Assembly: GCA_963823555.1 (NCBI GenBank)
Contig: CAWGMA010000001.1
Span: 1,696,001 to 1,760,000, forward strand
DNA: 64,000 nt
Source of the DNA: Candidatus Eiseniibacteriota bacterium
GTDB taxonomy: Bacteria; Eisenbacteria; RBG-16-71-46; CAVPCR01
Reading direction: 5' to 3'
The translations under genes were made by a program, and so were the position numbers. The notes under the pieces were generated by a model. It worked only from the letters and a program-made list of their open reading frames with translations. It made no database searches and was not told the origin of the DNA. Shown piece after piece: positions 20,074-28,205 of this stretch (the first letter of the stretch is position 1; every line of letters begins with the position of its first letter).

Positions 20074-23000
20074 GTGAGCATGGACGCCATGCACCCCACC
20101 GACGTTTCCGCCACCCAGTTTCCGACCTCCGTCTCCCCCTCGACGCCCACGCCGCAACCGAGCGCCGCTCCGTCTTCCACTCATTCCACGACGGAAGGGC
20201 CGCGCACGGGCCGCATGATCCGCCGCCGCTTCACGACTCCAGGGGTGGACCCGTTCACCGGGATCACCTTCGAGGAGCGCGACGCTCGCATCCAGAACTC
20301 CGACGGTTCGGCCGTCTTCGAGATGCGGGGAGCCGCGATCCCCGCCGACTGGTCGCAGCTCGCCTCGGACATCCTCGTCTCCAAGTACTTCCGGAAGACC
20401 GGGGTCCCGGGCACGGACTGCGAGAAGAGCGCGCGGCAGGTGGTCACGCGAATCGCCCGCACCATCCGCCAGGCCGGGGAGTCGCTCCACGGCTACTTCG
20501 CGGACGCCGAGGAATCGGAGACTTTCGAGGCCGAGCTCACCTACATGCTGATCCGCCAGATCGGTGCTTTCAACTCGCCGGTCTGGTTCAACTGCGGGCT
20601 CGCGCAGTCCTACGGCATCACCGGCCGCCCGGTGGGGAGCTGGGTCTGGGATCCGGCCGCTCAGGCGACCGTCCCGACCCGGGATGCCTACACCCACCCG
20701 CAGCTCTCGGCATGCTTCATCCAGTCGATCCAGGATGACCTGATGGACATCGCCGGGGCCGTCCAGCGCGAGATGCGGCTCTTCAAGTTCGGCTCCGGCA
20801 CCGGGACCAACTTCTCCACCCTCCGCGCCGAGGGCGAGCGCCTCTCGGGCGGGGGCACGTCGTCGGGGCTCATGAGCTTCCTCGAGATCCTCGACCGCGC
20901 CGCCGGGGCCACCAAGTCGGGCGGCACCACCCGCCGCGCGGCCAAGATGGTGATCCTCGACGCCGACCACCCGGATATCGAGAAGTTCATCAACTGGAAG
21001 GCCCGCGAGGAGGAGAAGGCTTCGATCTTGATCGCCGCCGGCTACGAGTCGGACTTCAACGGCGAGGCCTACAAGACCGTGAGCGGTCAGAACTCGAACA
21101 ACTCGGTGCGCCTCTCCGACGACTTCATGCAGGCCGTGATCGACGACCGGGAGTGGACCACGCACTTTCGCACGACCGGCGAGGAGGCCCGGACCTTCCG
21201 CGCCCGCGACCTGATGCAGCAGATCGCCTACGCGGCCTGGCGCTGCGCCGATCCCGGGCTCCAGTTCGACACCACCATCAACCGCTGGCACACGTGCAAG
21301 GAGAGCGGGCGCATCAACGCCTCCAATCCCTGCTCCGAGTACATGTTCCTCGATGACTCGGCCTGCAACCTGGCCTCGATCAACCTGATGAAGTTCGCGG
21401 GCGAGGACGGCACCTTCGACGTCGAGGGCTACCGCCACGCGGTGAGCGTGTTCACGCTGGCCATGGATATCATCGTCGATCAGGCGAGCTACCCGACGCA
21501 GGCCATCGCCCAGCACAGCCACGACTACCGGCCGCTGGGCCTGGGCTACGCCAACCTGGGCACGCTCCTCATGGTGAACGGCATCCCGTACGACTCGGAC
21601 ACCGGGCGCGCGACGGCGGCGGCCCTGACCGCCATCCTCACCGGGCGGGCCTATGCCACCTCGGCCGAGATCGCGGCCCGCAAGGGCCCCTTCGCCGGGT
21701 ATCCGAAGAACCGGCTCCCCATGCTCGAGGTCATGAACATGCACCGGGACACCGCCTACGCCATCTCGGCCGGCGACTGCCCGTCCTACCTCCTCGCCGC
21801 AGCGCAGGAGGACTGGGATCATGCCCTCCGCCTCGGGGAGCGTCACGGCTACCGGAACGCCCAGGCCACGGTGATCGCCCCGACCGGAACGATCGGGCTC
21901 TTGATGGACTGCGACACGACGGGCATCGAGCCCGATTTCGCGCTCGTCAAGTTCAAGAAGCTCGCGGGCGGGGGCTACTTCAAGATCGTGAACCGCTCGG
22001 TCAACCGGGCCCTCGAGATGCTCGGTTACACGCCGGAGCAGATCCAGGACATCCTCACCTACGTCACGGGCACCATGAGCCTCAACGGCGCTCCGCACGT
22101 CAACCGCGCCGCGCTCCAGCAGCGCGGGCTCGCCGCCGATGACATCGATCGCATCGAGCGGTCGCTGCCCGGGGTGTTCGAGCTGAAGCACGCTTTCCAG
22201 GCCTCCGCCCTGAGCCCGGTCACGCTCGCGCGCCTGGGGATCGCCGAGGCGGATGCCCGCCGGCCCGGATTCGATCTCCTGACCCGGCTCAACTTCTCGG
22301 CCGGCGAGGTGGCCGAGGCCGAGGAGGTGATCTGCGGGCGGATGACCGTCGAAGGGGCCCCGCATCTCAAGGCCGAGCACCTCGCGGTCTTCGACTGCGC
22401 CAATCGCTGCGGCCGGCACGGCCAGCGCTTCATCGATCCCATGGGTCACGTGCGGATGATGGCGGCGGTGCAGCCCTTCGTCTCCGGGGCGATCTCGAAG
22501 ACGATCAACATGCCCGAGGAGACGACCGCCGAGGACGTCTACCGGACCTACATGGAATCCTGGCGGCTGGGCTTGAAGGCGGTGGCCATCTATCGCGATG
22601 GCTGCAAGCGCTCGCAGCCGCTCTCGAGCTCCGGGGAGGGCAAGAAGAGCCGCCTTGCGGCCGCCGAGAGCGAGGGCAAGACCTCGACCACGGCGCCGCT
22701 GGCGGCCGGGGCGGCACCCGGTGCACCCACCCCAGGCAAGGGCAACGGCAATGGCTCCAATGGCGACGGGACCCCGGCGACCGCGGCCGCACCCGCTCCG
22801 GCTGCGGCCGCCGGGCCCGCGCCAGCCCCCGCTCAGGCCCCGACGGCGTCGCGACGCCAGCGCCTCGGCAAGAAGCGCCGCGGGTTCACCCAGGAGGCGC
22901 GTGTCTGCAACAACAAGGTCTACGTGCGGACCGGCGAGTACCCGGATGGCCGTCTCGGCGAGATCTTCATCGACATGCACAAGGAGGGCGCCGCCTTCCG

Positions 23001-23454
23001 CAGCATGATGAACTGCTTCGCCATCTCGGTCTCCCTCGGGCTCCAGCACGGGGTGCCGCTCAGCGAGTACGTGGACGCCTTCGTCTTCACCCGCTTCGAT
23101 CCGCAGGGACCGGTCGAGGGCCATCCCAACATCAAGTTCGCGACCTCGATCGTCGACTACATCTTCCGCGTCCTCGGCATGGAGTACCTGGGCCGGACCG
23201 ACTTCCTGCAGGTGAAGCCGGCCGACATGGACGTGGCGGAGGAGAAGGCCCTCGAAGCCCTGGCCAACGGGGCGCCGGCTGCGGCGGCCGGGGGCGGTGC
23301 GGGGGCCGGGACGGTGAGCCCCTCGGGGCTCGGGCAGCAGATGCGGACCCTCATGGGCGACGCGCCCCTCTGCGATATCTGCGGCAACATCACCGTCCGC
23401 AACGGCACCTGCTACAAGTGCATGAACTGCGGGAACTCGATGGGCTGCTCGTAG
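20074..23454 (+). CDS. nrdJ: Class II (adenosylcobalamin-dependent) ribonucleotide reductase
   Basis: AFNSPVWFN, QLSACFI, SGGTTRRAAKM, catalytic SNPCSEY, TVIAPTGTIG, SGAISKTIN, YRDGCK; TSCPD-like domain and C-terminal CDICG..CYKCMNCGNSMGCS; RBS GGGAGG before the GTG at 20074. Confidence 0.95.
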   Translation: MSMDAMHPTDVSATQFPTSVSPSTPTPQPSAAPSSTHSTTEGPRTGRMIRRRFTTPGVDPFTGITFEERDARIQNSDGSAVFEMRGAAIPADWSQLASDILVSKYFRKTGVPGTDCEKSARQVVTRIARTIRQAGESLHGYFADAEESETFEAELTYMLIRQIGAFNSPVWFNCGLAQSYGITGRPVGSWVWDPAAQATVPTRDAYTHPQLSACFIQSIQDDLMDIAGAVQREMRLFKFGSGTGTNFSTLRAEGERLSGGGTSSGLMSFLEILDRAAGATKSGGTTRRAAKMVILDADHPDIEKFINWKAREEEKASILIAAGYESDFNGEAYKTVSGQNSNNSVRLSDDFMQAVIDDREWTTHFRTTGEEARTFRARDLMQQIAYAAWRCADPGLQFDTTINRWHTCKESGRINASNPCSEYMFLDDSACNLASINLMKFAGEDGTFDVEGYRHAVSVFTLAMDIIVDQASYPTQAIAQHSHDYRPLGLGYANLGTLLMVNGIPYDSDTGRATAAALTAILTGRAYATSAEIAARKGPFAGYPKNRLPMLEVMNMHRDTAYAISAGDCPSYLLAAAQEDWDHALRLGERHGYRNAQATVIAPTGTIGLLMDCDTTGIEPDFALVKFKKLAGGGYFKIVNRSVNRALEMLGYTPEQIQDILTYVTGTMSLNGAPHVNRAALQQRGLAADDIDRIERSLPGVFELKHAFQASALSPVTLARLGIAEADARRPGFDLLTRLNFSAGEVAEAEEVICGRMTVEGAPHLKAEHLAVFDCANRCGRHGQRFIDPMGHVRMMAAVQPFVSGAISKTINMPEETTAEDVYRTYMESWRLGLKAVAIYRDGCKRSQPLSSSGEGKKSRLAAAESEGKTSTTAPLAAGAAPGAPTPGKGNGNGSNGDGTPATAAAPAPAAAAGPAPAPAQAPTASRRQRLGKKRRGFTQEARVCNNKVYVRTGEYPDGRLGEIFIDMHKEGAAFRSMMNCFAISVSLGLQHGVPLSEYVDAFVFTRFDPQGPVEGHPNIKFATSIVDYIFRVLGMEYLGRTDFLQVKPADMDVAEEKALEALANGAPAAAAGGGAGAGTVSPSGLGQQMRTLMGDAPLCDICGNITVRNGTCYKCMNCGNSMGCS

Positions 23455-23474
23455 GGGAAGGCTGGAGGAAACGA

Positions 23475-23516
23475 GGAGGCCCGGAGCGGTGGACCGCTCC
23501 GGGCCTCCCTTGCTTT
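23475..23516. terminator. Probable bidirectional intrinsic terminator
   Basis: Perfect 16-bp inverted repeat GGAGGCCCGGAGCGGT / ACCGCTCCGGGCCTCC between convergent nrdJ and the sigma54 activator, followed by CTTGCTTT. Confidence 0.75.
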
Positions 23517-23567
23517 CCAGGGCTGCGGCTCTGTCGCTCCGTCGTCGAACTCGAGCTTATCTCCCGC

Positions 23568-26024
23568 TCAGTCGATCCCGAGCCGTCGGATCTTCCCGAG
23601 CAAGGTGGTCCGGCTCATGTTGAGGAGCCGCGCCGCACGGGCCTTGTTCCCTGCAGTCTTCTGCAACGCGTCGACGATGAGGCGACGCTCGTGGTCATCG
23701 ATGGCGCTGGCATACCCACTTGCCTGAGCGGCTGCCCCCGACCTCTCCGCCCCAGCAGAACGCGCAATCTGCGAGTCCTCGACTCGCATGGTCTCACGGT
23801 CATGACTCAGGAGGACCATACGATGCACTTCCTGACGCAGTTCCCGCACGTTACCCGGCCAGCTGTAGCTCTTGTAGAGGGACAGGAGATCCGCCGACAC
23901 GTCGGCGCGTTTCCCGTACTGCCGCTGATACTGCTCGAGGTAGTGCAGCACGAGGACCTCGATGTCCTCGATGCGCTCACGAAGCGCGGGAATGCGGACC
24001 CAAAGACCGTTCAAGCGGTGATAGAGATCACTGCGGAAACTGTCGTCGCGCGCTGCCTGCTCCAGGTCCCGGTTCGTGGCTGCCACAACGCGCGCGTCGA
24101 CGCGCCGGGACTTGAGCTCCCCGACCCGCCGCAATTCGCCGTTCTCCAGCACGCGCAGTAGCTTCCCTTGCGCCCCAAGATCCAGATCGCCGATCTCATC
24201 GAGGAAGATGGTACCGCCGTCGGCCTGCTCGAAGAGCCCGGGCTTTTCGGACGTCGCGCCGGTAAACGACCCTTTGACGTGACCGAAAAGCTCCGACTCA
24301 TGCAGTTCTTTGGGCAGCGCCGCGCAGTTGACCGCGATGAAGCGATCCGCCGGGCGGCCGCTCAGCTCCTGAACCGCCCGCGCCACGAGTTCCTTCCCCG
24401 TCCCGGACTCCCCCGTGATGAGGATCGGCAAGCTACTTGGGGCCACGCGGGCCAGTCTCTCGAGCATCTCGTGCATCTCGCGGGAGCGCGTGATGATCGA
24501 GACCGATCCAATCGAGTGCACGCCGCGCTCGATCGCAGGCGTCGCCGTGCGTTGCACGCCGGGATCGGGAGCGTCGGGTTCTGTCAACCGCATGACCTCG
24601 CCAAGCTCTTGGTCCACTCGCTCGATCCACCGCGTCACTCCAAGATCGGCGAAGTGATCCCGCGCTTCCCGCAGGTGCTCACCAGCCGCACCAAGTGTCA
24701 GCGTGCTTGGATCGGAATCGCGGAGGTGGCAGGCGAATTCAACCAGGGTCTTGGCCAACTCGTAGCGATCGCCGAGTTCTCGCATCTCCTCGATCCCGCG
24801 CCGGAATGTCTGCTCCGCGTCTTCGCGGGCCCCGAGCATCGAGTGCGCCATGGCAAGCGGGCGATGGACCACCGCATGCTCATAGCGATCCTCGTTGTGC
24901 CTTGCGACATCCTGGCAACGGCGAGCGGCAGCAAGCGCCTTTTCGTATTCACCTAGACTGTTCCAGGCTTCCGCTTCCCGACGCTTGCCTTCGGTCGTGG
25001 CATCAGTCATGCCGATCTTCTCGCCGCGGGCGATGCACTCGGCATACCGCTCGATAGCTTCGGCTGGCTTGCCGCGCTCATACGCGATCTCGCCGAGGCA
25101 CTCGAGCGCTGCCAACTCTTCGCGGACTAGGCCATTCTCGCGGGCGATACGCAATGCGCGTGATGCGTGGCTGTCTGCCGCCTCAAGATCCCCTCTTCGG
25201 ATCGCGAGAAGACAAGTGATACTCTCGATTCGCGATAAATCGCTACTCAATCCCAGAGAACCTGCCACCGCAGAAGCACTCGTCAGCCGACACTCAGCAT
25301 CGCCCCAATCTCCGAGAAGCACCAAACAGATCGCATCATTGCAGGCAGTAGTTATACGTTGCTTGGGGCCGACAGCGTCCGCCTGAGCGATATCGTTGAA
25401 CAACTCTTTTGCGACTCTCAGCCGACCTGCGGCCATATGCGTCCTAGCAACATCGCCACTGGCACGCACAGAGTTCGAGATGTCCCCCAGGAGCAGCGAC
25501 AGGGAAGCTGCCGTGTTATAGGCCGCAATGGCTCGGTTGAACTGCCTTCTCCTCGCGAAGATATGACCTAGAGCAAAGTGGTAATTGATGGTGCTCCGAG
25601 TGTCCTTTGCTTCGCAGACCTTCGGTGCGGCTAGCGTTAGGATCTCAGCAGCGCGATCGATATCCCCCGCTTCGCGAAGAACGCTCGCGACTACGAGAAA
25701 AGCCCCAATCTGCTGGACTGGAGAAATGGTCTTGAGCGCAGCGTGTTGTAGGACTCCATCAATGAGATCGAGCGCCTCACGCACTGCACCACGCCTTCTG
25801 AGTGATTCAAGCAACCTCGAGGCGTAGTAGAGCCAGTCGGCAGCGTGCAGATCAAGTTCATCAGCGCGACGCAAAGCGTCGCGACACAGTTCGGCTGCGG
25901 AAGACACCTCGTCCGAACGAGCGAACAGTGAGACTAGGGCATCGAGGGTCTCACGAAGGTCTTGGAGGTTCTTGCAGTCGCCGAGCCGCACATGAATCAA
26001 GTCCGCACCGTCATTGAGGTTCAT
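23568..26024 (-). CDS. Sigma54-dependent enhancer-binding protein with a long N-terminal TPR sensor domain
   Basis: Walker A GESGTGKE, ESELFGHVKGSFTGA, Walker B IFLDEI, FRSDLYHRL, WPGNVREL, Fis-type HTH GNKARAARLLNMSRTTL; the first ~480 aa are TPR-like helical repeats with no REC or GAF motif recognised. Confidence 0.9.
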   Translation of the reverse strand: MNLNDGADLIHVRLGDCKNLQDLRETLDALVSLFARSDEVSSAAELCRDALRRADELDLHAADWLYYASRLLESLRRRGAVREALDLIDGVLQHAALKTISPVQQIGAFLVVASVLREAGDIDRAAEILTLAAPKVCEAKDTRSTINYHFALGHIFARRRQFNRAIAAYNTAASLSLLLGDISNSVRASGDVARTHMAAGRLRVAKELFNDIAQADAVGPKQRITTACNDAICLVLLGDWGDAECRLTSASAVAGSLGLSSDLSRIESITCLLAIRRGDLEAADSHASRALRIARENGLVREELAALECLGEIAYERGKPAEAIERYAECIARGEKIGMTDATTEGKRREAEAWNSLGEYEKALAAARRCQDVARHNEDRYEHAVVHRPLAMAHSMLGAREDAEQTFRRGIEEMRELGDRYELAKTLVEFACHLRDSDPSTLTLGAAGEHLREARDHFADLGVTRWIERVDQELGEVMRLTEPDAPDPGVQRTATPAIERGVHSIGSVSIITRSREMHEMLERLARVAPSSLPILITGESGTGKELVARAVQELSGRPADRFIAVNCAALPKELHESELFGHVKGSFTGATSEKPGLFEQADGGTIFLDEIGDLDLGAQGKLLRVLENGELRRVGELKSRRVDARVVAATNRDLEQAARDDSFRSDLYHRLNGLWVRIPALRERIEDIEVLVLHYLEQYQRQYGKRADVSADLLSLYKSYSWPGNVRELRQEVHRMVLLSHDRETMRVEDSQIARSAGAERSGAAAQASGYASAIDDHERRLIVDALQKTAGNKARAARLLNMSRTTLLGKIRRLGID

Positions 26025-26323
26025 AGTGTAGCCCCACCGCATGCGAGACTTATCTTGAGGAGAATCGCCAGCATTCGAGCTGAGGGAATCAGCGAGACGC
26101 TCTTCGATCCTTGCGATTCATCCAGTTCCAACGCGGGCGAAGGCACCGAATCTCCGCGGTTCGGTGAAGAGCCACCCACAACCTGCATATAATCGGGATC
26201 GTCGATTCCATCCGGGATGATCTGGGTAGTCGCCTCGCGGTATGGGAGCGCGATCGAGCTAAATGCAAAGAGGAGCCCCGCACAAAGGAACAGGGCGATG
26301 GAGAAGCGTCTCAGACCCGTCAT
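26021..26323 (-). CDS. Small (100 aa) exported protein / candidate signalling propeptide
   Basis: RBS GAGGTGAG, ATG at 26323, signal peptide MTGLRRFSIALFLCAGLLFAFSSIA, acidic core IIPDGIDDPDY, hydrophobic C-terminal segment; its stop overlaps the activator start (ATGA). Confidence 0.7.
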   Translation of the reverse strand: MTGLRRFSIALFLCAGLLFAFSSIALPYREATTQIIPDGIDDPDYMQVVGGSSPNRGDSVPSPALELDESQGSKSVSLIPSARMLAILLKISLACGGATL

Positions 26324-26417
26324 CAGCTCACCTCGAGCGTTTGCCACCTCGGAAACAACCCTCTGGGAGTGGGGACACCCATCCAGGAAGTCGCGCGGGG
26401 GAGGTGTCGTGCGGGGA

Positions 26418-26446
26418 AAACTAGCATATATCTTTACAGTGGTCAA
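26418..26446 (-). promoter_or_regulatory. Putative sigma70 promoter for the peptide-activator cassette
   Basis: On the minus strand: TTGACC, 17-bp spacer, TAGTTT with an extended TGn, in an AT-rich patch about 95 bp upstream of the peptide ATG. Confidence 0.6.
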
Positions 26447-26565
26447 CATATGACACGGCCTAGAGTTACAGCCTCGACAGCTTCGGATCGGGCCCGGCCC
26501 GGGCAGCCCTGGCTGGCAGACACGGCCCGGCCCGTTCCCAAAATCCCCGTGCTATCCTGCCCCCC

Positions 26566-27660
26566 ATGGCCAGGCCAACCCGCAAATACGGAGCCAGGCG
26601 CCCCGGCGCCGCCCCTGACCCCTCTGCCTATCCCGAGGCCGCCTACCTCATCGATTCCAACAACTACATCTTCCGGGCCTTCCACGGGGTCCCCGACTTC
26701 TCGGCCGCGGACGACCGCCCCACCAACGCCACCTACGGCTTCATCCGCACGCTCTTGATGCTCGTTCGCGAGCGGCGCCCGGCCTGGGCCGCCGCCATCT
26801 TCGAAGGGGCGGTGAGCTTCCGGAACGAGCTCTTCGCCGAGTACAAGCAGAACCGGGTCGAGCCCCCGGACAACCTCGTGCCGCAGTTCGAGGATTGCCG
26901 CCGTGCTGCGGCCGCGATCGGCTTCGCCTGCCTCGAGGCCGAGGGCTACGAGGCCGACGACTTGATGGGCTCGATCGCCGTCCGCCTCCGTGATGAGGGC
27001 CGCCACGTCGTCCTCGTGAGCGGCGACAAGGACCTGGCCCAGCTCGTGGGCGAGCGCATCTCGCTCTACGACGTGGCTCGAGACGAGGAGTTCGACCGGG
27101 AAAAGGTCATCGAGCGCTTCGGCGTCGCTCCCGAGCAGATCCCGGATCTTCTCGCCCTGATCGGCGACGCCATCGACAACATTCCCGGGATTCGCGGCAT
27201 CGGGGACAAGACCGCGGTCGCGCTCCTCCAGGGCTTCGGGTCGCTCGAGGCGATCCTTGCCGATCCGGACCGCATCGAGACCCTTGCCATCCGGAACGCA
27301 CGAGCGATCAAGGAGAAGATCATCGAAGCGGCGACCAGCGCCCGCCTCTCCCACCGGCTCGCCACGATCGCCACCGACGCCCCCATGGAGCTCGATCTCG
27401 AGGCCCTGCGCTATCGCGGGGCCGACCGGGAGGCCGTCGACGACCTCTTCGACGAGCTTCGCTTCGGTGCGCGCATCCGGGGCGAGATCCCGCTGTGGGC
27501 CGATGCTGGACCGCTCTTCGCCAGTGCCGCATCCGATGAGGCGGCCGCGCCCGAGTCACCGGACTCCCCACCCGCGCCGACCGAGAAGCCCAGGACTACC
27601 TCTGCGAAACGTGCCCGCAAGCCATCCCCTGCCAACGAGAAACAGGACAGCCTCTTCTGA
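26566..27660 (+). CDS. Standalone 5'-3' exonuclease / flap endonuclease (Pol I N-terminal family)
   Basis: LIDSNNYIFRAFH, FRNELFAEYKQNR, GYEADD, SGDKDLAQL, H3TH GDAIDNIPGIRGIGDKTA. Confidence 0.92.
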   Translation: MARPTRKYGARRPGAAPDPSAYPEAAYLIDSNNYIFRAFHGVPDFSAADDRPTNATYGFIRTLLMLVRERRPAWAAAIFEGAVSFRNELFAEYKQNRVEPPDNLVPQFEDCRRAAAAIGFACLEAEGYEADDLMGSIAVRLRDEGRHVVLVSGDKDLAQLVGERISLYDVARDEEFDREKVIERFGVAPEQIPDLLALIGDAIDNIPGIRGIGDKTAVALLQGFGSLEAILADPDRIETLAIRNARAIKEKIIEAATSARLSHRLATIATDAPMELDLEALRYRGADREAVDDLFDELRFGARIRGEIPLWADAGPLFASAASDEAAAPESPDSPPAPTEKPRTTSAKRARKPSPANEKQDSLF

Positions 27661-28205
27661 TGCGACACGCCCCCTTCAATCGTCACGACACCCCCAGGCC
27701 ACCAGCGGACGCGCCCAAGACCATTCTCTTCGTCTGCCTGGGCAACATGATCCGGAGCCCGCTCGCCGAGGCGCTCGCCAAGCGCCTGCTCGCCGAGCGC
27801 GGTCTCGCCGCCCGCTACCGCATCCGCTCGGCCGGGACGATCGCCGGACATGGCTACATCTCCCCGCCCGAGGCGGTCCGTGTCGGGGCCGAGAACGGCC
27901 TGGACATCAAGCCCCACTTGACGACCCCGCTCAGCCGCGACCTCGTCGAGGAAGCCGACCTCGTGATCGCTGTCGATCGCTCGGTGGCCGAGCAGATCCT
28001 CGACCTCGTCCCCGACCTGGGTCCGCGTCTCAAGCTCTTGACGCAGTTCGCCTCGATGCCCGGGGTCTTCGACGTGCCGGACCCGATCGGCGAAAGCCGG
28101 GATGTCTACGAGGAAGCCTTCCGCCGGATCGATGCCGGCGTGCGCGGGCTGGTCGAGGCTTTGGCAGCACGGGCAGCCGACCTCCGCTCGGGGCCGCCCT
28201 CCTAG
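27660..28205 (+). CDS. Low-molecular-weight protein phosphatase family protein
   Basis: P-loop LFVCLGNMIRSPLAE, SAGT, DVPDP general-acid loop; its start overlaps the upstream stop. Confidence 0.85.
   Translation: MRHAPFNRHDTPRPPADAPKTILFVCLGNMIRSPLAEALAKRLLAERGLAARYRIRSAGTIAGHGYISPPEAVRVGAENGLDIKPHLTTPLSRDLVEEADLVIAVDRSVAEQILDLVPDLGPRLKLLTQFASMPGVFDVPDPIGESRDVYEEAFRRIDAGVRGLVEALAARAADLRSGPPS

Noticed and set aside
22620..22860. Possible intein or insertion in NrdJ
   Set aside because: It is an Ala/Pro/Gly low-complexity linker before the TSCPD-like domain; no intein splice or homing-endonuclease motifs.
19456..23124. 1222-aa minus-strand ORF (and similar long ORFs such as 3389-5596, 27257-29818, 52396-54435, 58382-60346)
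   Set aside because: Antisense shadows of well-supported genes. High GC3 suppresses stops on the opposite strand, and they carry no recognisable motifs.
26440..26465. Sigma54 promoter autoregulating the peptide-activator cassette
   Set aside because: The best minus-strand candidate reads GG-N10-TG, not GC; a sigma70-type promoter fits better.
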